Shown here: in pieces, positions 58,577 to 64,000 of the stretch
How positions within the stretch are numbered: position 1 is the stretch's first letter
Layout: the number at the start of each line of letters is the position of its first letter
Source of the DNA: Erysipelotrichaceae bacterium
Lineage (GTDB): Bacteria; Bacillota_I; Bacilli_A; ML615J-28; CAG-313
Direction: 5' to 3'
NCBI GenBank assembly: GCA_015059015.1
Contig: SVBG01000002.1
Location: 49,636 to 113,635 of the forward strand
Length of the DNA stretch: 64,000 nt
Made by a program: the position numbers and the translations under genes
Notes under the pieces: generated by a model
Database searches by the model: none
What the model was told of the DNA's origin: nothing
The model's input: only the letters and a program-made list of their open reading frames with translations

Positions 58577-58807
58577 ATGCATCACCTCCTCTAGTATTGA
58601 AGAAGAGTAAACATATCCCCTACACCATCGCTTGAAGTTGCAATCTACTTCCATATATATAATTAGTACAAAGTATTTAAATTGCTCTTTTTATTTAAAA
58701 AAAGTTTTCGACAATAATCGAATATTAATAAATTTGTTGACTCTTATAATTAAATAGTATATAATATAATTGTTAGTTAGACAGATACATTTCTAGAGTG
58801 TATCAAC

Positions 58808-58833
58808 CCGGTATCGGAATGGTACCGGTTTTT
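58808..58833 (+). terminator. Hairpin CCGGTATCGGAATGGTACCGG plus T-run (right-hand copy of the island-boundary element)
   Basis: Same sequence as 53307-53325. Preceded by the same GTTAGACAGATA..TTTCTA.AGTGTAT leader. Confidence 0.45.
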
Positions 58834-58913
58834 ATTTTATATTTAAAAAAATAATTAATTTAACTCAAATTCTTCCATTATATGGTATAATAAATATAGA
58901 TTAGAGGTATAAT

Positions 58914-59576
58914 ATGAAAATAGAGAATAAAGAAATTAAAGGTATTATATTTGATATAGATGGCACACTTATTGATTCTTGTGGAATTTGGGGAGAAGTT
59001 GATATTAGATTCTTCGCAAAAAGAAACATGGAAATACCAAAAGATTATCAAGAAGCAATCGGTCATATAGGACTTGATAAAGCAGCTGATTATACGATTA
59101 ATAGATTTAATCTAAATGAGAAAAAAGAAGATATAATTAAAGAATGGAAAGATGGAGTTTTAGAACTATATGCAAATGAAGTAGTTTTAAAACCTCATGT
59201 TAAAGATTTTTTATTGTTATTAAAAGAACAGAATATTCCATTTTGTGCAGCTACCGCAAATGATGAAGATTGCTATAAAAAGTGTTTAGAAAGAAATGGT
59301 ATCTTTGATTTGTTTGATTTTATTTTAGAAGTTAATCATTTTAAAGATGGTAAAGATAAACCAACAATATATATAGAAGCAGCTAAAAAGTTAGGTGTAG
59401 AAATAGAAAAATGTGTTGTATTTGAAGATTTATTAATGGCACTTAATACTGCTTGCAAAGCTGGATTTGTTACTTGTGCTGTATATGATGCAACTTGTAA
59501 AGAAGAAAGTGGAAAAAAAGAAGTAGCTGATTTTTATATTAAAGATTATCAAGAAATTATTGATAAAATTAATTAA
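58914..59576 (+). CDS. HAD-superfamily hydrolase (beta-phosphoglucomutase-like subfamily IA)
   Basis: Motif I IFDIDGTLIDS. 220 aa. Confidence 0.75.
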   Translation: MKIENKEIKGIIFDIDGTLIDSCGIWGEVDIRFFAKRNMEIPKDYQEAIGHIGLDKAADYTINRFNLNEKKEDIIKEWKDGVLELYANEVVLKPHVKDFLLLLKEQNIPFCAATANDEDCYKKCLERNGIFDLFDFILEVNHFKDGKDKPTIYIEAAKKLGVEIEKCVVFEDLLMALNTACKAGFVTCAVYDATCKEESGKKEVADFYIKDYQEIIDKIN

Positions 59577-59585
59577 AGGTGAATT

Positions 59586-60590
59586 ATGAAAAAAATATTA
59601 TTAATTACAACTGGTGGAACTATTGCGTGTATAAAGACTTCATCTGGACTTATTCCACATGCGACACCAGAAGAACTACTTAATGAAGTAGAAGTAGTAA
59701 AAACATTCTGCGTCCCTACAGGACTTAGCTTAATGTGTATAGATTCAACTGATATGTTACCTAGTGATTGGATCAAAATAGCAGAGTGTATTAAAGATAA
59801 TTATGAAGATTATGATGGATTTGTTATATGTCATGGGACAGATACATTGTCTTATACTGCATCAGCACTATCTTATCTTATTCAAAATTCAAAAAAGCCA
59901 ATCGTCTTAACTGGAGCTCAAAAACCAATTAGTACTGATTCAACAGACGCAAGAAACAATCTTATTGATAGTTTTAGATATGCAGTAAGTGATAAAGCAA
60001 GTGGCGTAGTAGTAGTATTTGATGGAAAAGTCATTGCGGGGACTAAAGCACAAAAGATAAGAAGTAAAAGTTTTAATGCATTTAATTCAATTAATTTACC
60101 TGAACTTGCAAAAATAGTTGATGGAAATGTGTTCCAGTATATATATAAAGAGACAAAAGAAGATGTTAAATTTTATAATAAACTAAATGAAAAAGTATCA
60201 ATTGTAACACTTACACCAGGTATGAATAAAAATATCATTGATGCATACTTTAAAGAAAATGATGCAGTAATCGTATCTAGTTATGGTACAGGTGGTATTC
60301 CAAGTAGAGAATCATATAGTATTTTAGGTACAATTGAACACTGGTTAAAACAAGGAAAAATCTTAGTAATGGCTACTCAAGTACAGCAGGAAGGTTCAGA
60401 TATGTCAATATATCATGTGGCTTTAAGAACTAAAGAAAAGTTAGATTTTTTAGAAGCCTTTGATATGAACTTACCAAGTGTCCTAACAAAAATGATGTGG
60501 ATATTATCAGTTACTAGCAATATGAATGAAATAAAAGAATTATTCTATACAACAATTAACTATGATATTTTATTTAAAGGTAAGAATTAA
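59586..60590 (+). CDS. ansA: L-asparaginase, type I
   Basis: TGGTIA threonine motif, HGTDTL. 334 aa. Confidence 0.8.
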   Translation: MKKILLITTGGTIACIKTSSGLIPHATPEELLNEVEVVKTFCVPTGLSLMCIDSTDMLPSDWIKIAECIKDNYEDYDGFVICHGTDTLSYTASALSYLIQNSKKPIVLTGAQKPISTDSTDARNNLIDSFRYAVSDKASGVVVVFDGKVIAGTKAQKIRSKSFNAFNSINLPELAKIVDGNVFQYIYKETKEDVKFYNKLNEKVSIVTLTPGMNKNIIDAYFKENDAVIVSSYGTGGIPSRESYSILGTIEHWLKQGKILVMATQVQQEGSDMSIYHVALRTKEKLDFLEAFDMNLPSVLTKMMWILSVTSNMNEIKELFYTTINYDILFKGKN

Positions 60591-61219
60591 TGGCAGTTGT
60601 ATATATATTAAACGCAAATAAACTCACAACTGATTTATCAAAATACGCTAATATTGATAATAAAAGACTTGAAAAAATTAAAAAAAGTACTAACCTGTTA
60701 TTTATTAAAGAACAACTTGGAAGTAATTTATTACTAAACGATATCTTAGAAAATAATTATTTTAAAGATATTAATTTATTAGAATATGTATATAATGAAT
60801 CTGGTAAGCCTTACCTGAAAGATAAAAATTTATATTTTAGTTTAAGTCACTCAAATGGAATTGTTGCGTTAACAGTTTCTAAAGAAGAAATAGGACTAGA
60901 TATTGAACTTATTAAACCAATAAAAGAAAGTGTTGCAAAACGCATTATGAATGAAAATGAATATTGTATTTATTCTTCACTTGATAAAAATAAAAAAATC
61001 ACATACTTCTATGAAGTATGGACATCAAAAGAAGCATATGTGAAAAAACTAGGTACTTCAATTTCACTTAATCCATCTAATATAGAAATAGATGAAGATA
61101 TCTTAATTAAAAGAATAATAATTGATAATAATGAATATATGCTTGCAGTAACTAACTCAATGTCATTAACAATAGATGAAAGATATATTCCAAAAGAATT
61201 ACTTGAAAGGAAAAAATAA
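60590..61219 (+). CDS. 4'-phosphopantetheinyl transferase, Sfp-type
   Basis: FSLSHS plus (I)GLDIE and WTSKEAYVKKLG motifs. 209 aa. Confidence 0.7.
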   Translation: MAVVYILNANKLTTDLSKYANIDNKRLEKIKKSTNLLFIKEQLGSNLLLNDILENNYFKDINLLEYVYNESGKPYLKDKNLYFSLSHSNGIVALTVSKEEIGLDIELIKPIKESVAKRIMNENEYCIYSSLDKNKKITYFYEVWTSKEAYVKKLGTSISLNPSNIEIDEDILIKRIIIDNNEYMLAVTNSMSLTIDERYIPKELLERKK

Positions 61220-61220
61220 T

Positions 61221-61979
61221 ATGAAATATGTATATATAGACCATGAACTTGGTGTTGATTTATGGGAATCAAAAGAATCTTTAAAACAAAGTTTTTATAC
61301 AGATTTTTATAACTTTATTAAAAACAATAATGGCGAAAGCGATTTAAAACTTCATAATATTAATAATGCTAGTGACTTTATTAACTTCGCAGACTTTTAC
61401 GCAGGTGGAAAAAAAGACTGTTATGCGATTGGATTTGCATTCCACAAATACTTTCTAGAAGCAAGAATGGATGGTAGTCTTCAAAATGAACCTGAAACTA
61501 CATTTATTGGTTGGTGCGTAAAAAATAATAAATATATTGATTTTATAAACTTTTTAATCACATTCTTTGCATGGTGGAGAAACGATGAAGGATGTACTTG
61601 TATGGATCCATACAACTATGCCGATAATTTCTTTGTTGGAAGTTGGGCAGCCCTTGTAGATACATCAAAACTATTCTATTATACAGCTGAAACTGTTCAC
61701 TTCTGGCAAAGCTATCGCGTAAAATACGCAATTGATAATATTCCAGGAACATTTATGACACCACTTCCACAAGTTGGTCTTCCTAAAATTAGAGTAGCAG
61801 GATATGAATTCCTAGGTTGGTTTAATTCAGATAGTGATGAGGCAGAACCTTCTAAAGAAACAGACGATGTTGCTTATGCACGCCTTAAACGTCATGACTT
61901 TTATGACTACTGGGGACGTGAAGAAAAAAATATTAAAAAAGTATATATTGAAAATTGGAAGAAAGTAGACCCAGCATAA
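61221..61979 (+). CDS. Hypothetical protein, 252 aa
   Basis: The ATG at 61221 follows the upstream stop and a GAAAGG RBS; the track start at 61176 lies inside the previous gene. C-terminal AGYEFLGWF motif, otherwise unassignable. Confidence 0.5.
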   Translation: MKYVYIDHELGVDLWESKESLKQSFYTDFYNFIKNNNGESDLKLHNINNASDFINFADFYAGGKKDCYAIGFAFHKYFLEARMDGSLQNEPETTFIGWCVKNNKYIDFINFLITFFAWWRNDEGCTCMDPYNYADNFFVGSWAALVDTSKLFYYTAETVHFWQSYRVKYAIDNIPGTFMTPLPQVGLPKIRVAGYEFLGWFNSDSDEAEPSKETDDVAYARLKRHDFYDYWGREEKNIKKVYIENWKKVDPA

Positions 61980-61980
61980 T

Positions 61981-62502
61981 ATGAATGAAACTATTAACAC
62001 AATTATTTCAAGAAGAAGTATCAAAGCATATACTGATGAACTAGTAAGTGATTATCTACTTAATGAAATCACAACAGCTGCAACTTATTCTGCAAGCGGA
62101 ATGAACAAGCAATCTGCAGTAATGGTAGTTGTAAAAGATAGAGCATTAAGAGATAAACTATCAAAATTAAATGCATCAATTATGGGAATAGATAAAGACC
62201 CATTTTATAATGCACCAATAGTAATTGTAGTACTTGCAGATAGTAATGTAAGAACATATATCGAAGATGGTAGTTTAGTTATGGGTAATCTAATGAATGC
62301 AGCACATTCAGTAGGAGTATCAAGTTGTTGGATCCATAGAGCTAAAGAAACATTTGAAACCGAAGTTGGAAAAAAACTTTTAAAAGAATGGGGACTACCA
62401 GAATCATATAAAGGAATTGGTAACTGTATCTTAGGATATCCTGTTGATAAATCAGATATCCTACCAAAGCCAAGAAAAGAAAATTATGTAATTTATAAAT
62501 AG
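61981..62502 (+). CDS. Nitroreductase-family protein
   Basis: N-terminal RRSIKAYTDE. 173 aa nitroreductase fold pattern. Confidence 0.7.
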   Translation: MNETINTIISRRSIKAYTDELVSDYLLNEITTAATYSASGMNKQSAVMVVVKDRALRDKLSKLNASIMGIDKDPFYNAPIVIVVLADSNVRTYIEDGSLVMGNLMNAAHSVGVSSCWIHRAKETFETEVGKKLLKEWGLPESYKGIGNCILGYPVDKSDILPKPRKENYVIYK

Positions 62503-62514
62503 GAGGAATTTAAT

Positions 62515-62940
62515 ATGTTAATTGATGAACTTAAAAAAGCTCAAATAGAAGCTTTAAAAGAAAAGAACACTTTAAAAAGAAGTATTTTACAAATTGTTAC
62601 AGGTAAAGCAAAACTAGCTGAAATTGAAAAAAGAACTAAAAACGAACCATTAACTGATGATGATGTATTACTTGTAATTAATAAAGTAATTAAAGAATTA
62701 GATGAAGAAATTCTTGCGTTTAAAAATGCAAATAGATTAGAAAAAGTAGAAGAATTAACTCTTCAAAAGCAAATACTAGAAGCATATCTTCCTGCAAAAC
62801 TAACAGAAGAAGAAATAAGAGAAATCATCAATTCTTTAGAAGATAAATCAATGCCTAATATAATGAAACATTTTAAACAAAACTATTTAGGCAAATGTGA
62901 CATGAAACTAGTTAATAAACTAGCTAATGAATGTAAATAA
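62515..62940 (+). CDS. GatB/YqeY-domain protein
   Basis: 141 aa, all-helical. N-terminus MLIDELKKAQIEALKEKN typical of YqeY. Confidence 0.65.
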   Translation: MLIDELKKAQIEALKEKNTLKRSILQIVTGKAKLAEIEKRTKNEPLTDDDVLLVINKVIKELDEEILAFKNANRLEKVEELTLQKQILEAYLPAKLTEEEIREIINSLEDKSMPNIMKHFKQNYLGKCDMKLVNKLANECK

Positions 62941-63049
62941 TGAAAAGGAATTAATGTTCCTTCTTATATTAGTTTATTAAATATTATTGAAAACAATTAA
63001 TTGAATGTAATGTTAAAATAAACAAAATTATTGGAAAAGAGAGAAATCT

Positions 63050-64000
63050 ATGGAAAAATTAAAATATAAAATAATTATAATATTTATTACTGTTTTATGT
63101 ATTTTAAGTGGGTGTAAGAAAAATAATCAACAAGAAAATATATGTTTAGTAACTTTTGATTCTTGTAATGAGACAGAAAATTATAGTGTTCAAGTAGAAA
63201 AAGGAAATAATGTTTCAGAACCCAATGATCCAATTCGTAATGGTTATAAGTTTTTAGGTTGGTATTATCAAGATAAATATTGGAGTTTTATAGGGAACCC
63301 CGTTACAGAAAATATAACATTAACTGCCAAATGGGAAACGATAGAATATAGTATAAAATATGAAAATATAGAAGATTCAACAAATCCTAATCCCAATTTT
63401 TATAATTTAGAAATTGATGAAATAATATTAAATGAACCAATTCGTGATGGTTATGAGTTTTTGGGTTGGTATTATCAAGATGAATTATATAAAAGTATAG
63501 ATTGTTCACTTTTAAAAGATATAACATTAACTGCCAAATGGGAAACGATAGAATATAGTATAAAATATGAAAATATAGAAGATTCAACAAATCCTAATCC
63601 CAATTCTTATAATTTAGAAATTGATGAAATAATATTAAATGAACCAATTCGTGATGGTTATGAGTTTTTGGGTTGGTATTATCAAGATGAATTATATAAA
63701 AGTATAGATTGTTCACTTTTAAAAGATATAACATTAACTGCCAAATGGAATATTGCTGAATATGATATATATTATGAAAATTTATATGGTTCACCAAATT
63801 CGAATCCTTCTTCATTTAATATAGAAACTGAAACTTTTACATTAGAAAATCCAGTACATAAATATTATGAATTTATTGGATGGACATATGAAGGTCAAGA
63901 TACTCCTATAAAAAATGTTGAAGTTAGTAAAGGAAGTCTTGGTGATAAAGTATTTAAGGCTAATTGGCTAAATGTTAGGTTTGAAATAATTGACAATGAA
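63050..64000 (+). CDS. Lipoprotein with Listeria-Bacteroides-type repeats (3' end beyond window)
   Basis: Signal peptide plus lipobox LSGC. Repeated GY.FLGWYYQD...LTAKWE modules. Open to the window end. Confidence 0.7.
   Translation, partial: MEKLKYKIIIIFITVLCILSGCKKNNQQENICLVTFDSCNETENYSVQVEKGNNVSEPNDPIRNGYKFLGWYYQDKYWSFIGNPVTENITLTAKWETIEYSIKYENIEDSTNPNPNFYNLEIDEIILNEPIRDGYEFLGWYYQDELYKSIDCSLLKDITLTAKWETIEYSIKYENIEDSTNPNPNSYNLEIDEIILNEPIRDGYEFLGWYYQDELYKSIDCSLLKDITLTAKWNIAEYDIYYENLYGSPNSNPSSFNIETETFTLENPVHKYYEFIGWTYEGQDTPIKNVEVSKGSLGDKVFKANWLNVRFEIIDNE
63313..63748 (+). repeat. Near-perfect 207-bp (69-codon) in-frame tandem duplication, 2 full units plus a partial third
   Basis: Units starting at 63321 and 63528 differ at one base (TTT/TCT). 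Confirmed by the identical spurious minus-strand ORFs at 63387-63590 and 63594-63815 in the ORF track. Confidence 0.9.

Larger units (their letters stand above)
58330..58720. repeat. Divergent 4th cassette: same promoter and same 5'-UTR/terminator layout but a different peptide gene
   Basis: Promoter TTTACA(58335)-N17-TATACT(58358). ACTCTTCTTC present on both sides. Hairpin AAGTCC-ttttcgggtgtg-GGACTT at 58413-58435. Confidence 0.7.

Noticed and set aside
58428-58654. Track ORFs 58428-58610 (+, 60 aa) and 58439-58654 (-, 71 aa)
   Set aside because: The plus ORF starts at GTG with no RBS and is antisense to the 45-aa peptide. The 71-aa minus version extends upstream of the strong RBS; the RBS-proximal ATG at 58576 is the credible start.
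1-64000. CRISPR arrays, rRNA/tRNA genes, integrase/transposase/IS elements, prophage structural genes
   Set aside because: None recognised. The only multi-copy repeats are the TA-like cassettes, the protein-internal tandem repeats, and the paralogous 5' ends of the two giant lipoprotein genes. The 52.8-58.8 kb island has no recombinase gene within the window.

Overview
AT-rich (low-GC Firmicutes-like; Clostridia/Erysipelotrichia-type gene content) chromosomal window read with the standard genetic code. Most of it is ordinary core/accessory chromosome. Housekeeping genes present: hpt, serS, an RluA-family pseudouridine synthase, gap, a type I L-asparaginase, and a three-gene NuoE/NuoF/[FeFe]-hydrogenase (HydABC-type) operon. 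There are many efflux transporters (four MATE, one MFS, a heterodimeric ABC exporter), an ECF-sigma/anti-sigma-like pair, a cobalamin riboswitch leading a DUF4430 plus CbrT-like cassette, a Fur-family regulator with a His-rich membrane protein, and two large paralogous surface lipoproteins (2221 and 1106 aa) with Big_2 and Listeria-Bacteroides-type repeats and a C-terminal Amidase_2 (PGRP-like) domain; a third stand-alone copy of that amidase domain is also present. Recognisable defence/addiction loci are an AbiEi/AbiEii pair and an HTH-MNT/HepT pair. The most unusual region is a ~6 kb island (about 52.77-58.85 kb) inserted between gap and the HAD-hydrolase/ansA genes. It contains an XRE-family HTH gene, a 719-aa protein and an oppositely oriented 348-aa protein, none with recognisable catalytic motifs. 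It is punctuated by three near-identical ~440-bp cassettes plus a fourth divergent one. Each cassette has a consensus-like sigma-A promoter (TTTACA-N17-TATACT) driving a short plus-strand RNA that ends at an intrinsic terminator. Each also has, convergently on the minus strand, a conserved small ORF: 32 aa ending in KKNKKK in three copies, and a 45-aa tail-anchored peptide in the fourth. The RBS of each ORF is buried in a hairpin. I interpret these as type I toxin-antitoxin-like modules (Fst/par-like layout) flanking a candidate novel system. No rRNA, tRNA, CRISPR array, integrase or transposase was recognised.
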